A program made the position numbers and the translations under genes. The notes below the pieces were generated by a model, which made no database searches, had not been told where the DNA came from, and worked only from the letters and a program-made list of their open reading frames with translations. From Eledone cirrhosa (taxonomy: Eukaryota): a stretch of DNA of 64,000 nt. Location of the stretch: the NCBI GenBank assembly GCA_964016885.1, contig OZ024755.1, positions 30,132,001-30,196,000 on the forward strand. The letters are read 5' to 3'. Positions within the stretch are counted from its first letter, which is position 1; every line of letters begins with the position of its first letter. Of this stretch, positions 49,347 through 62,041 are shown piece after piece.

Positions 49347-50766
49347 AAGGGATCGGCAACTTCTTTGCTTCCACGGGCCGGATCGAGTATTAATAATGGA
49401 TAGTTGGCCGGACGAAGGCCATAAAAGAATAATTATGGAAAATTACACAAGCTAAAATTTAATCACGAGTGTTGACTATACTTTAAAATAATTTGTATTA
49501 ACCACAGATTAATGTAGTAATGGAAAAATGTTCATTTATTCAATTTAAGATATCGTTGGAATGATTTGTTTAAAAAATCTTAAAAATACATAACATAACT
49601 TTTAATTGTGTTTTTGCTGTCCAAGAGTTCACATCCGGTTGGTGGTGGACATTAGGTGGTGTGAATCAGTGGTGGTGTGGTGGACATTAGGTGGAGTGAA
49701 TCAGTGGTGGTGTGGTGGACATTAGGTGGAGTGAATCAGTGGTGGTGGACATTAGGTAGAGTGAATCAGTGGTGGTGTGGTGGACATTAGGTGGAGTGAA
49801 TCAGTGGTGGTGTGGTGGACATTAGGTGGAGTGAATCTGTGGTGGTGGACATTAGGTGGAGTGAATCAGTGGTGGTGTGGTGGACATTAGGTGGAGTGAA
49901 TCAGTGGTGGTGGACATTAGGTGGAGTGAATCTGTGGTGGTGGACATTAGGTAGAGTGAATCTGTGGTGGTGGACATTAGGTAGAGTGAATCAGTGGTGG
50001 TGTGGTGGAGATTAGGTGGAGTGAATCAGTGGTGGTGTGGTGGACATTAGGTGGAGTGAATCAGTGGTGGTATGGTGGACATTAGGTGGAGTGAATCAGT
50101 GGTGGTGTGGTGGACATTAGGTAGAGTGAATCAGTGGTGGTATGGTGGACATTAGGTGGAGTGAATCAGTGGTGGTGTGGTGGACATTAGGTAGAGTGAA
50201 TCAGTGGTGGTGTGGTGGACATTAGGTGGAGTGAATCAGTGGTGGTGTGGTGGACATTAGGTGGAGTGAATCTGTGGTGGTGGACATTAGGTGGAGTGAA
50301 TCAGTGGTGGTGTGGTGGACATTAGGTGGAGTGAATCAGTGGTGGTGGACATTAGGTGGAGTGAATCTGTGGTGGTGGACATTAGGTGGAGTGAATCTGT
50401 GGTGGTGGACATTAGGTGGAGTGAATCAGTGGTGGTGTGGTGGACATTAGGTGGAGTGAATCAGTGGTGGTGGACATTAGGTGGAGTGAATCAGTGGTGG
50501 TGTGGTGGACATTAGGTGGAGTGAATCAGTGGTGGTGGACATTAGGTGGAGTGAATCAGTGGTGGTGGACATTAGGTGGAGTGAATCAGAAGATTTGTGG
50601 AAGAATGTAACAACAGGCCTTTTATTGTATTCGAAAGTCTCGTCTCTTATATTACAATAAATTTAAATTTTAAATAAACAACTCATTGGGTATCAGTTCT
50701 TGCGAGCCGGTCAAAATTCCTTCGTGGGCCGGATCCTGCCCGCAGGCTACAGGTTACCGACCCCTG
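49347..50766. mobile_element. Non-autonomous hAT (Charlie-like) element containing a minisatellite
   Basis: Degenerate TIRs AAGGGATCGGCAAC / GTTACCGACCCCTG, subterminal GGGCCGGAT motifs at both ends; no clean TSD. Confidence 0.6.
49640..50590. repeat. G-rich 26/31-bp minisatellite GGACATTAGGTGGAGTGAATCAGTGGTGGT(GTGGT)
   Basis: Direct reading, ~30 units in two length variants. Confidence 0.95.
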
Positions 50767-50779
50767 TTTTAGGTTTTCC

Positions 50780-51330
50780 CCCATTATCATGCCACTACAG
50801 TGCCAGTAGCTTTACAGGCCATTTCACTCTCAAAGAGATCATTAAGCTTGGCCTGGATGCCGTAGAGTTCCTGTCCCAACTCGAGCCGGCAGGGCTGGAT
50901 CAAGGGGATCGCAGAAGGGCAGATACATCATCATCTTCCCTTTCCGCACTGGTAAGCCCTTTCCTGGGACATAATATGTAACACATTCTCCAGCGGTAAC
51001 GTGGTGCATTCGGCTTCGTATCCGAGAAATCGAAGATCGTACATTGTTGAAGAATCGGCTGCTCTCTAATTGATTTGTCGTTGAACCTGTAACGGTCGAG
51101 ACATCCGGTGTTTTTGGTTGCCAGACCATTTCCTTACTCACTGCTACGATGGCGGAGATGACCACCCCCAGGAGTGGTCCACGCGAGGTGGAATGGTCAC
51201 TTCAACGCGTCACCCTTGTAACCTGTGAGAGAATGCATTCTCTTTCTGTCAGTTGAGATCATGAGGTGGCTTGTGCCTGAGGTTCTGCACACCAGAGAAC
51301 GCACCCCAAGCCACCTAGGCCTGTATCATT
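50780..51330 (+). mobile_element. Possible decayed LTR-retrotransposon (Gypsy-like) integrase C-terminal remnant
   Basis: RSYIVEE motif near 51035 in a GC-richer stretch; many stops. Confidence 0.3.
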
Positions 51331-51671
51331 GGCGTAGCGATGTTTGAATACTCTTTATATATTTTGAATTTAGTTAAAGTATCTGTGCTACCCCTCTTGA
51401 TACGAACCTCATGAGCGAGCAATGATTACCAATGTGTCTATAGAACGTGTGTTATGAATACAGATGAGAGAATTTTGATGAATTATTAAATAACAAAGAA
51501 GCTGGTCAGTTCGATCGTCATCGCAAGCTACTGGCGATGTTCTCGTGGGAACAATTTAAAAGCGATACTGAATACGTATGGATTTGCACCTGTATAATTA
51601 TTTATTCATTACGATGTAATGGTTCTCGAGTATACATATATCTATATATACCTTATACACATACATATGTA

Positions 51672-51730
<59 letters not shown>

Positions 51731-51732
<2 letters not shown>

Positions 51733-51917
51733 CGAAGGAAATGTGGTAAGGAACCAGGTGGACCATAACGCACCAAAGTACTCAATACTTGGGGTAGTAG
51801 AGTGGGTAATAGGAACCAGTAAGACCCCGACAGCTGAGCTCAAGCCGTTTCGACGGCTAATTCAATTAGCCGTCGAAACGGCTTGAGCTCAGCTGTCGGG
51901 GTCTTACTGGTTCCTAT
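51731..51917 (-). mobile_element. Family A short element with ~54-bp fold-back, in (TA)n
   Basis: Palindrome centred on GACGGCTAATT-C-AATTAGCCGTC (~51864). Confidence 0.65.
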
Positions 51918-51979
51918 ATATATATATATATATATACGATATTAATAAATGGAAACTATATTTATAAAACCATATTTAT

Positions 51980-52038
51980 TTCATTATACATATTTCAGGG
52001 ATACCAAATTAAATTATGGTATGCCTTCATCAGACAAA
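51980..52038 (-). ncRNA. Hammerhead ribozyme motif, extended stem II
   Basis: CTGATGA-AGGCATACCA..TGGTATCCCT-GAAA-TATGTATA. Confidence 0.6.
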
Positions 52039-52423
52039 ATACAATATATAACAGTTTTACAAATAAGCTTTGACGTACCCTATTAAAATGCAACCATTAT
52101 TTTTGGAAGCCATCCGGATAATTTTAAATAGAACTTTTGCATATATATATATATATCCGCTCGGACACCCCGTCTCCCTCTCCCCACTCCACCCGCCACC
52201 ACCCCTACACACCCCACACCACTCCACCACCTGTTTTACCCCCCTTTTAATTTCAGTTTATTTTGATCATTCATTTATCTTTAAATTTATTTCATTCCTT
52301 GTATTTTGATCATGCTTTATTTTTATTTTTATTTTTATTTTTTTCATTCGCACCGTTTCCTGTCGCTATATGTCTCTCCACCACTCCCCTACACACCCTT
52401 TGAACTCTGTTCCCACACACTTC

Positions 52424-52458
52424 TCACCTGAGGAAGGGCTTATGCCCGAAACGTCGTC
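52424..52458 (+). ncRNA. Minimal hammerhead ribozyme
   Basis: CTGAGGA(52428)-A-GGGC-TTAT-GCCC-GAAA-C-GTC: intact CUGANGA core, GUC site; AATAAA downstream. Confidence 0.75.
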
Positions 52459-52545
52459 CCCCACCAACACCCCACTCTCCAGAACGTGAAATTAATAAAC
52501 GTTCGTTGTACTGCCTCTCTGTTTTGTTCCTGTTCAAATTTTTCC

Positions 52546-52587
<42 letters not shown>

Positions 52588-52670
52588 GGAGGTGAGTTTT
52601 ATTGTAGTACAATAAAGCAATGCAGATATCGGATAAGAAGCATTCTACAGTTTGTAGGACTGGAGTATAC

Positions 52671-52996
52671 ATAATATAAGATCAAAAGATGGTTAAAGGA
52701 GTTCCATGTATTTTATTATGCGCATTTCAAAAACAAACATCATCATGCAATAATATTTGTGTTTTCATCAGATAAAACAGGAGAACATGATATGAAGGCT
52801 AAAAACACTTGTGGATAGTGCAGTTTTATATGTTGATTTAAAACTGCACTATCCACAAGTGTTTTTAGCCTTCATATCATGTTCTCCTGTTTTATCTGAT
52901 GAAAACACAAATATTATTGCATGATGATGTTTGTTTTTGAAATGCGCATAATAAAATACATGGAACTCCTTTAACCATCTTTTGATCTTATATTAT
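52671..52996. repeat. Perfect ~158-bp inverted repeat with a hammerhead in each arm
   Basis: Arms 52671-52828 / 52839-52996; TTTAT-CTGATGA-AAACA..TGTTTTT-GAAA-TGCGC-ATA-ATAAA. Confidence 0.9.
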
Positions 52997-53253
52997 ATAT
53001 ATATATATATATCGAAACTGTTTAAGCTGTTTAAGCTGACCGTCGTTTGACAGGGTTTATATTCATTGTGTAATAAGAACACTTTACTATCTTCAAAGTA
53101 TGTAGAAACATCAACGAGAATGACGAAAGCCCGCTGCTTTACAAATGAAGCCCCTCTGAAATATTTCTTCTTCTGCATCGAGTTAGTAACTTACATGTCA
53201 CGCTCGTTTTCATGAATGCGCCGAACCAATAAAAAGCGGAAAATAAATATAGA

Positions 53254-53790
53254 TTGTTATACTTTGGGAGGGTCATGTTGCCAATAAGAAACACACGCAC
53301 CAGTTGCTTTCACTTCAATTTATTATATATTTATAAATTTATAAATTTACAAATTTACAAACTTATAAATTTCTGGTTGAACACAAAAATGAACACAAAC
53401 ACACACAGACACCCGGATGTGGCGCATGCGCAAACTGAGCACACAACACACACACAGAAACAAAATGGCGTAGGATAGAAGAAAGGAAAGGCACAGAAAC
53501 GAAGAAAGGAATCCCCAGTCACTGAAGAGGTCACAGAGTGTGTGACGAAAGGACTATGACTATATATATAAACAACTATCTGGTTGTGGAACCAACCAAC
53601 CAACCAGAAATTTATAAGTTTGTAAATTTGTAAATTTATAAATTTATAAATATATAATAAATTGAAGTGAAAGCAACTGGTGCGTGTGTTTCTCATTGGC
53701 AACATGACCCTCCCAAAGTATAACAATATCGGTTTCAACACACGATTTCAGATAAAGAATCTTGCTAAACAAATTCAGAAACGAAATATA
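53254..53790. mobile_element. Family B short element, inverted pair (~125-bp arms)
   Basis: 53254-53379 is the reverse complement of 53601-53726. Family copies at ~5755, 7470, 7995, 22940, 62560. Confidence 0.7.
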
Positions 53791-54747
53791 GATTGATTAT
53801 TAAAGAAACTTTTTTAAAAATCTTTATATCTTTTCTTCAAACTTACTGAATTCGTATTTTTATTCTACAAATAAAATTGTAAAAGTTTGCTTCATACCCA
53901 CTTTGGCCCAAATTAGATCTCATTGAATACCACAATGACAATGTGCCAACTATTGAATTCTCGAGTTGTTCAATGCTCTATGAGTGGGAACGTAGTAGAC
54001 AGAAACAGTTCGGAAGCTCATCGTATATGTTTTTTGTCGAAACGGCAAGCGCTCAGCCGTCGGGCTATAACTCTCTACTATATATATATATCGACAGTCG
54101 ATCGACTTTCGTCAAATCGGACGGTTTATTCATATTAATAATTTAGCGTTAAAAATATATATATTGGCACGAAAAATTGATATAAAAAATCGCGGAAGAT
54201 ATTTACGATTCCGCGAAAATGCGGTGTTTTCCACGAATAATTATTAGTTAGGTTAGTGGATTGGCAGTATCAGTAGAGGGTCGGACGCCATGCTTTGCAG
54301 CATATAGTTACGACCCTTTACATTCTGAGTTCAAATCCCACCGAGGTCAACTTTGCCTTTCATCCTTACGGGGTCGAATAAATAAAGTACCAGTAATGCA
54401 CTGGGATAATTGCTGGCCTTGTGCCGAAAGTAGAAAACAGTTATTAGTTAGGTTGTAAGAGAAATTCCGCTAATAACCCATACCGCGAATGTCGGGGAAA
54501 CACTGTATTTGCATTTTTTACGCACACACACGCGCTTGAGTATCTACTGTCTTTGATGTAGTCTTGGATACAGTGAAAATATCGATTATATTCTATATGA
54601 TCTGCTGATCACACGTGGAAAGCTCTACATTATGGAGTTTATTGTTCAATAGAAGACAAATAATTGACTGGCAGAGACATTAAGCATTAGAACAGATCTC
54701 GCTGATATATTGATATATGTATATATACTTACTTATCTCCTTGACTA

Positions 54748-56416
54748 CAGAGAGAGAGAGGAGGGGTGGGGGAGAGAGTGACATGGAGAGAGAGTGAGAG
54801 AGAGGGGGGTGAGAGAGAGTGACATGGAGAGAGAGTGAGAGGGGGGGTGTGACAGAGAGTGACAGGGAGAGAGAGTGAGAGAGAGGGGTGTGAGAGAGAG
54901 TGACAGGGAGAGAGAGAGTGAGAGAGGGGGGGTGAGAGAGAGTGACAGGGAGAGAGAGTGAGAGAGGGGGGTGAGAGAGAGACAGGGGAGAGAGAGTGTG
55001 AGGGGGGGTGAGAGAGAGTGACAGGGAGAGAGAGTGAGAGAGGAAGGGTGGGGGTGAGAGAGAGTGACAGGGAGGAGAGAGCGAGAGAGGGGGGTGAGAG
55101 AGAGTGACAGGGAGAGAGAGTGAGAGAGGGGGGTGAGAGAGTGACAGGGAGAGAGAGTGAGAGAGGGGTGAGAGAGTGACAGGGAGAGAGTGAGAGAGGG
55201 GGGGGGGGGTGAGAGATGAGACAGGGAGAGAGAGTGAGAGGGGGGTGAGAGAGAGTGACAGGGAGAGAGAGCGAGAGAGGAGGGTGAGAGAGTGACAGGG
55301 AGAGAGAGTGAGAGAGAGGGGGGTGAGAGAGTGACAGGGAGAGAGAGCGAGAGAGGGGGGGGGTGAGAGAGAGTGACAGGGAGAGAGAGTGAGAGAGGGG
55401 GGTGAGAGAGTGACAGGGAGAGAGAGTGAGCGAGGGGGGGTGAGAGAGAGACAGGGAGAGAGAGTGAGAGGGGGAGAGAGAGGGGAAATATATACAAGAT
55501 ACGCTCAACTACATGCACACACACATACACACACATACACACATACCACACACACACACACACATATATATAACGGAGAGAAATGACAGAAAGAGAAAGA
55601 GAGGGAAAGAGAAATAGAGATAGATGGGGAAGAGAGAGGAGAGAAGGAAAGGGGAAGACGAGAAAGGGGGAAGACGAGAAAGAGGAAAGAAAGGAAGAGC
55701 GGGGGGAGGAGGTGTTGGCGAGAGAGAAAGAGAGAGCGATTGTCTGTGTGAGCGAGAGAGGGGAGAGAAAGAGAGTGTATGTGAGCGAGAGAGGAGAGAG
55801 AGAGAGAGTGTATGTGAGCGAGAGAGGGGAGAGAGAGAGAGAGTGTGTGTATGTGAGCGAGAGAGGGGCGAGAGAGAGTGTATGTGAGCGAGAGAGGGGG
55901 GAGAGAGAGAGTGTATGTGAGTGAGAGAGGAGAGAGAGGAGAGAGAGAAGGGGGTGAGTGAGAGAGGAGAGAGAGGAGAGAGAGAAGGGGGTGAGTGAGA
56001 GAGGAAAGAGAGAGGGTGTCTGTGTGTGCAAGAGAGGAAAGAGAGAGAGGGTGTCTGTGTGTGCAAGAGAGGAAAGAGAGAGAGGATGTCTGTGTGTGCA
56101 AGAGAGGAAAGAGAGAGAGGAGTGAGAGGAGAGTGTGTGTGAGCGAGAGAGCAAAAAGAGTGAGTGTCTGTGTGAGCGAGAGAGGAGAGAGAGGGTGTCT
56201 GTGTGAGAGCGAGAGAAGAGAGAGAGAGAGAGAGGGTGTGTGTGTGTGTGTGTGTGAGAGCGAGAGAGGAGAGAGAGAGGGTGTGTGTGAGTGAGAGAGG
56301 AGAGAGGGAGAGTGTGTGTGTGTGTGAGCGAGAGAGGAGAAAGAGAGAGAGGGTGTGTGTGTGAGCGAGAGAGGAGAAAGAGAGAGAGGGTGTGTGTGAG
56401 TGTGTGAGTGAGAGAG

Positions 56417-56463
<47 letters not shown>

Positions 56464-56685
56464 TGTGTGAGTGTGTGAGTGAGAGAGGGTGTGTGTGAGT
56501 GTGTGAGTGAGAGAGGGTGTGTGTGAGTGTGTGAGTGAGAGAGGGTGTGTGTGAGCGAGAGAGGAGAAAGAGAGAGAGGGTGTGTGTGAGTGTGTGAGTG
56601 AGAGAGGGTGTGTGTGAGCGAGAGGGGAGAAAGAGAGAGAGGGTGTGTGTGAGTGTGTGAGTGAGAGAGAGAGAGAGAGAGAGAT
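54748..56685. repeat. Compound (GA)/(GT) low-complexity minisatellite region
   Basis: Units such as GAGAGTGACAGGGAGAGAGAGTGAGAGAGGGGG; explains the Ser/Leu/His ORFs. Confidence 0.92.
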
Positions 56686-56791
56686 AGTATATATATATAT
56701 AGAGAATACTTCTTTCTGGACCAAGTCCCGTTTTCCTTCTAATATCATATCATTTAAACCTACTGTGATATCTTGATGCGTCATAAACAAC

Positions 56792-57230
56792 AGCAGCAGG
56801 AAAAATAATTGTTTCTACGTTTGGCACAAGGCCAGCAATTATCCCAGTGCATTACTGGTACTTTATTTTATCGACCCCGTAAGGATGAAAGGCAAAGTTA
56901 ACCTCGGCGGGATTTGAACTCAGATCATAAAGGGAGGTAACTCTATGCTTCAAAGCATTGCGCCCAACCCTCTACCAATACTGCCAATCCACCGCCCTGC
57001 AGCAGGAGGAAAAATAATTGTTTCTACTTTAGGCACAAGGCCAGCAATTATTCCAGTGCATTACTGGTACTTTATTTTATCGACCCCGTAAGGATGAAAG
57101 GCAAAGTTAACCTCGGCGGGATTTGAACTCAGATCATAAAGGGAGGTAACTCTATGCTTCAAAGCATTGCGCCCAACCCTCTACCAATACTGCCAATCCA
57201 CCGCCCTGCAGCAGGAGGAAAAATAATAAT
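56792..57230 (-). mobile_element. Tandem duplication of a family 1 SINE with its flank
   Basis: Two near-identical ~210-bp units separated by GCAGCAGG(AGG)AAAAATAAT. Confidence 0.85.
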
Positions 57231-58739
57231 CCACCAGCAGCAGGAAAAATAATAAATTTATAACTCCTTCTGTTGTGCCAAATCAATGGAGTACAATAAG
57301 AAATGAATTAGTATGTTATACACTTTATTTTGCAGCTAATGTTTTGCTTGATAAAAGAAAACTAAAATCTACGTCACCGAAGAAACTAAACAGTTTGACG
57401 CACTGTAATGTATGTTGGAACTATAATCCTCCTTTTATTTTCCAATGAAAAACGAAGATTTGTTGTAAGACTTTACTATTAAAGAAATAACAAAAACTCA
57501 AACAAAAATGTCTGCTATAATGAATAGTTGTAGAAACACGAGCCTCGTAGAGTACATCTCACTGTAGCTATGGTTTTAAATACTTTTGTCAATGCTATAA
57601 TGCCCTCGCACTAAAACCAATTGTTTATGAATTATGTTATCTATCGATTTAAAGTATTACTCTGAAAAAAGTAGCAAAACAACTGTTGTTTAAGTTATGA
57701 TCTAACTAGGCAGGAAGACATTTTATGCTTTTACAAAACAAACAAACTTTGTACAGATCCTTATTGCATTTAAGACGTAACTGAAGTGAAATTGCTTCTG
57801 TTGGCTTGTTTGACGCCTTAGCTTTCTGATGTTAAACAAATATTGGTTTAGACAGGCTCTCCTTGACATGTAAGATGGACGAGACTTATAAAATAGTTGT
57901 GGCTAATGTTACCTTTTTTTAGTTGAAAGTTGATGGCAAGTTAGACAAAAATATACAAAGCGAGGAATAACCTTCTGAAATTGAAGGGCTGGGTGTGGTG
58001 GCCAGCGCTGGATCTGGGTGTTTTGTGGGGATGTACATAATATGGTTAGCATAAACGAAAAAGAGAAATGATTCAGAATTCTTAAATGTTGGTGGGACGA
58101 GACCTGTCAGCTCCGAGGAGTAGAGACCACTTTAGGAGTGAGACAAAGAATAGAGTGAAACAATAACTCGTCTATGGACAAGGAATTGAAGTCTGCTGGA
58201 CATTAGAGTGTTCGCCAATAATCTATGGATATAAAGCTGTTATGTAACATACTTGGAGATTGCAGGAGTTTGCGTGGATAGATACTGGTGTGCTGATACA
58301 ATGTTTTGTGGTTCTCTACTACTCAGTAATACTGTTCGCATGTAAACGATACAAGTCCTTATTGATTCAATCTATATACTGCATTGATAAGCACAACGCA
58401 GAGCAGTAAAGAAGGTTCTATAAATGCGTAAATAAAAAAAGTTCCTATGATCTTTGCAGGAGTAGTGATATTGATGTGGCAGAAGCAAGGTCTAGCGGCC
58501 CAGTTGTATCTAAAGACACTATCTATGCATTTCTTATATGTATTGATTAAACCCAAAATTAAGTTATTTTTGCTCCTAATTTCTCTAAATTAGTTTTGAG
58601 CTGACTGATATTGAATCTTTCTAGCATTCCATAAGGAGAATACTGTGACAGAAATCCTCGAATAAATACTTAAACTCTAAAAGCGAATTATCTAGAAGAT
58701 GTGCTCATACGCGAAGATGCTATAGAACAGGGCGAATGC

Positions 58740-59140
58740 CCTTAAAAGACGGAACAGGAAGTTGCCACCAGCCGCTATAAGGAACCGAACCTCATGTTTT
58801 AGATACCGACTAGGCGCTTGTAACCATTAAGCCAAAGGCCCCTGACAAATCGCATTGTCTTAAATTAGATGAATAGCTGAATCATAGCTTTCAGGTGTTT
58901 AACAGAGATCCGTATGTAAACAAATAAACTTTTACAAAGCGTCGAGAAGATAAAGTTAATATAAAGAATATGCTTATGCGCGGAAATGCTATAAAATAGC
59001 TTATAAAATAGGATGAAAACCCTTAAAAGACGGAAAAAGAAGTTGCCTAAGGGTTAAAAGCGCCTAGCAGATATCTTGGAGATATGGAGTTCGATTCCTC
59101 TAGTTGCTGATGTCAACTACATTTTTCGGCCTTTAAAGGT
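58740..59140. mobile_element. Decayed tRNA-derived repeat copies in opposite orientations
   Basis: Minus TGGCTTAATGG..GGTTCGGTTCC; plus GAGTTCGATTCC; recurring CCTTAAA(A)GACGGAA at ~58740, 59021, 59534. Confidence 0.4.
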
Positions 59141-59152
59141 CTATTTTATAAG

Positions 59153-59352
59153 NNNNNNNNNNNNNNNNNNNNNNNNNNNNNNNNNNNNNNNNNNNNNNNN
59201 NNNNNNNNNNNNNNNNNNNNNNNNNNNNNNNNNNNNNNNNNNNNNNNNNNNNNNNNNNNNNNNNNNNNNNNNNNNNNNNNNNNNNNNNNNNNNNNNNNNN
59301 NNNNNNNNNNNNNNNNNNNNNNNNNNNNNNNNNNNNNNNNNNNNNNNNNNNN
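59153..59352. other. Assembly gap (200 N)
   Basis: Direct reading. Confidence 1.
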
Positions 59353-59589
59353 CTTGTAAAAGAATAACTATGATGTATGCATATATGTATCTAACCAAAT
59401 GTAAATAAACATTTTGAACTATCGACGTGGTCAGAGTGTTTTTTGAATGGAATACTTCAAATTTAAGAGTTCCAAATGCAGTAAATAACATTTCCTCACA
59501 ATAGATAAGAGATAAATTAATTGGGTAAATTAACCTTAAAGACGGAACAAAGTAGATAGAGGTGCTTATGAAGAATTGAACAACGTATG

Positions 59590-60745
59590 TCTCGAACTTA
59601 AGACCATCTGAAATGACAAAAATATAGCCCTCAGCGCAAAGATCTTACTGATGCGCTCTCTGGTCATGTCCATATTCTTGTATGTCTGTGAGACTTTGGC
59701 AATAACAGAAAATCTGGAAAGAAGAATACAGGCTATGGAGATGAGATACTTCAGAAAGCTCTTTGGTATCGCCTACAGAGACCGCCTCTCCAATGAGGAG
59801 GTGCGAAAGAGATTTTGGCAAGCCATTTCGTTTTTAAATATGGTGGAGTCACGTCCCCAGACTGCGTGGAGGCTTTTCTCCAGGCAGCCTGTTTTGAGCC
59901 CATCTTAAGACGCTGGACCGTTCCAATGCACAACTGCATCAGCTTGGTAGTCAGAGTAAATGGCTACCTATCAGATAACGCATTTGTTCTGTCAAGGATA
60001 TCCTCTCTCCTCCCTTCTGTATGTGCTGACTCTTGCACCACTACTGCGAAATAGGGAACTGTTCAAGGGCATCCCAATCGAATATGGATAGGGAAGGGCT
60101 GCGTCGGCATATGTGGATGACATCCCTGTGATGATGTCAAATTTGACTGGAGTAAAAATTAACCGGACATGTCAATGGATTTGCAGCTTGGCACCTCGTG
60201 AGGCCAGTCCATGTCGATCAATGGAGTTGTCGGATGCTGCACTGGTCAAGTTGCACGAGTTCTAGGTCTGCTTTGTTCTCGACCTCCAAGTGGCTAAGAA
60301 CCGGAACGAAGTAACGAGCTAGGCAGTCGCTCTTACCCAAAACTGAACTGTGTAGAAGCTATGATTGAAAGGTTAGGTAGAGGTGACGAACACGTACACC
60401 ACCTTCGTTATATATTACGGCCACAACGTCGTCCCCTGTCTCATTTCTTACCTCACTAAGTTGGAGCTTCTTTCTTTTCACTACTTGTGGAAGGGACAGG
60501 TTTCACTGGTCAGGTGCTCCATCAGCTGCCAATACTTTTTGTGTGATACACTTCAAGCAGTGGCTGAGGGAACGCAAACATCCTCTGAGGATACTTTTAC
60601 AAATATGGTCACTCTTTGTCAATTGCATTTTTCCACAGTTCGTCTCCTTGGCTTTCAGATGCCAGGCGAAGACCATCTGGAATGTTGCCAGACGCTTACA
60701 ACCCTGTACTCATGCAGTAACTGGCAATTCCTCGTTAGCATTATA
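59590..60745 (+). mobile_element. RTE fragment (to ~59830) followed by an old, decayed Tx1-like fragment
   Basis: LVMSIFLYVCETL..IQAMEMRYFRKL..RDRLSNEEVR; then VVRVNGYLS, AYVDD, LKG*VEVTNTY, LWKGQVSLVRCSISCQ. Confidence 0.7.
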
Positions 60746-61732
60746 TACAAGACTAGATGTGGACAAGAGCCATACTGTTCTCGACAGAAATGAACTCATC
60801 AGCGGACATCGACTTTTTCAAGTTCCACTTGGAAAAGTCACATGGATAACAACTAATTTCCACGAAAATCCTGCTAAACCTGTGTGATGTGCAGAGGAAA
60901 TATTTGTCTCTTGTTTATTTAAGTAATGATTTTGGCATGTAACAGCAATTCTATACATTTGTTAACGACACCAAAATAAGGCAGAAACATGTTCGGAATT
61001 GTTTTGCGTCTCTGTCGGAAAACATGAAAAGGGAAAAATGTTTAATCATTCTCTATATTTAGTTTTAATGTTACTTCTGTTAGTAGAGTTAGTGGCTTGC
61101 TTGTTTGTTTGTTGGCTCCTTTATCCACTTCAGTTCAAAACTCCCACGGTGTTTAGTTGTTTGAGTGTGAAACATATAGGTCAGGCTTTTGTTGCCGTTG
61201 TCAACCAGCTTTGTATGTTGCCATGTTGTGTAACGTGAACTGAAATCATTCTGAGCTCCTGCAGAAAAATAATAAGAATGACACACACACACACACATGT
61301 GCTATAGAATAGGTGTAACATCTTGATCCAGCCTACGTTCTCCTCTCTTATTACGGTTGTATTTATTTTAAACTACACCCACTTAGTTATTTCACACATT
61401 GAAAACCCTTCCACCACCTACTTCACCCTTCTCCTCCTTTAAATTCTTTCCTTGTCACTCGCTCCTATTTTAAATACCTACTTAACAACGAGTGAAATAT
61501 GAAGACTTTACCTGGTAAATCTATCTTCTAGAATTACTAGTCAAATATCCCTCGAAGTATATGTCATCGTCCCACAAGGGGAAGGTCGTATTGAACACTG
61601 CTGGTGAAGATATATCATGTGTGAATAAAATATGAGATATGATCGTTTGAAATACCTTCAATACATGGATATTGTGAAAAAATGGTGTATTTTGTAAGGA
61701 CAGAAATTATCTATTCCTTCACTTTTCTCATC

Positions 61733-61766
<34 letters not shown>

Positions 61767-61856
61767 TTAACTTTGCCTTTCATCCTTATGGGGTCGATAA
61801 AATAAAGTACCAGTAATACACTGGGTAATTGCTGGCCTTGTGCCAAAAGTAGAAAC

Positions 61857-61912
<56 letters not shown>

Positions 61913-61958
61913 CCTTATCGAACCCTCTTTGGATTTTAGTCTTCAAATTTATTATTAT

Positions 61959-61990
<32 letters not shown>

Positions 61991-61993
<3 letters not shown>

Positions 61994-62041
61994 TTCCTGA
62001 TGATTTCTAATGAATGAAACAGTTCTAGTCCTGTAGAATCT
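61991..62041 (+). ncRNA. Full type I hammerhead ribozyme
   Basis: Stem I AGATTC/GAATCT, CTGATGA (61997), weak stem II TTC-TAAT-GAA, GAAA, stem III ACAG/CTGT, GUA site at 62033-62035; lies between (TA)n tracts. Confidence 0.75.

Noticed and set aside
49640-50590. CRISPR-like or telomeric array
   Set aside because: Head-to-tail units without unique spacers; TTAGG is only part of a longer unit; eukaryotic context.
54729-56790. 681-aa and 259-aa Ser/Leu/His ORFs
   Set aside because: Stop-free because of (GA)/(GT) low complexity; no domain signal.
57260-58620. Possible very old LINE RT remnant on the minus strand
   Set aside because: Only faint motif traces; too decayed to call by eye.
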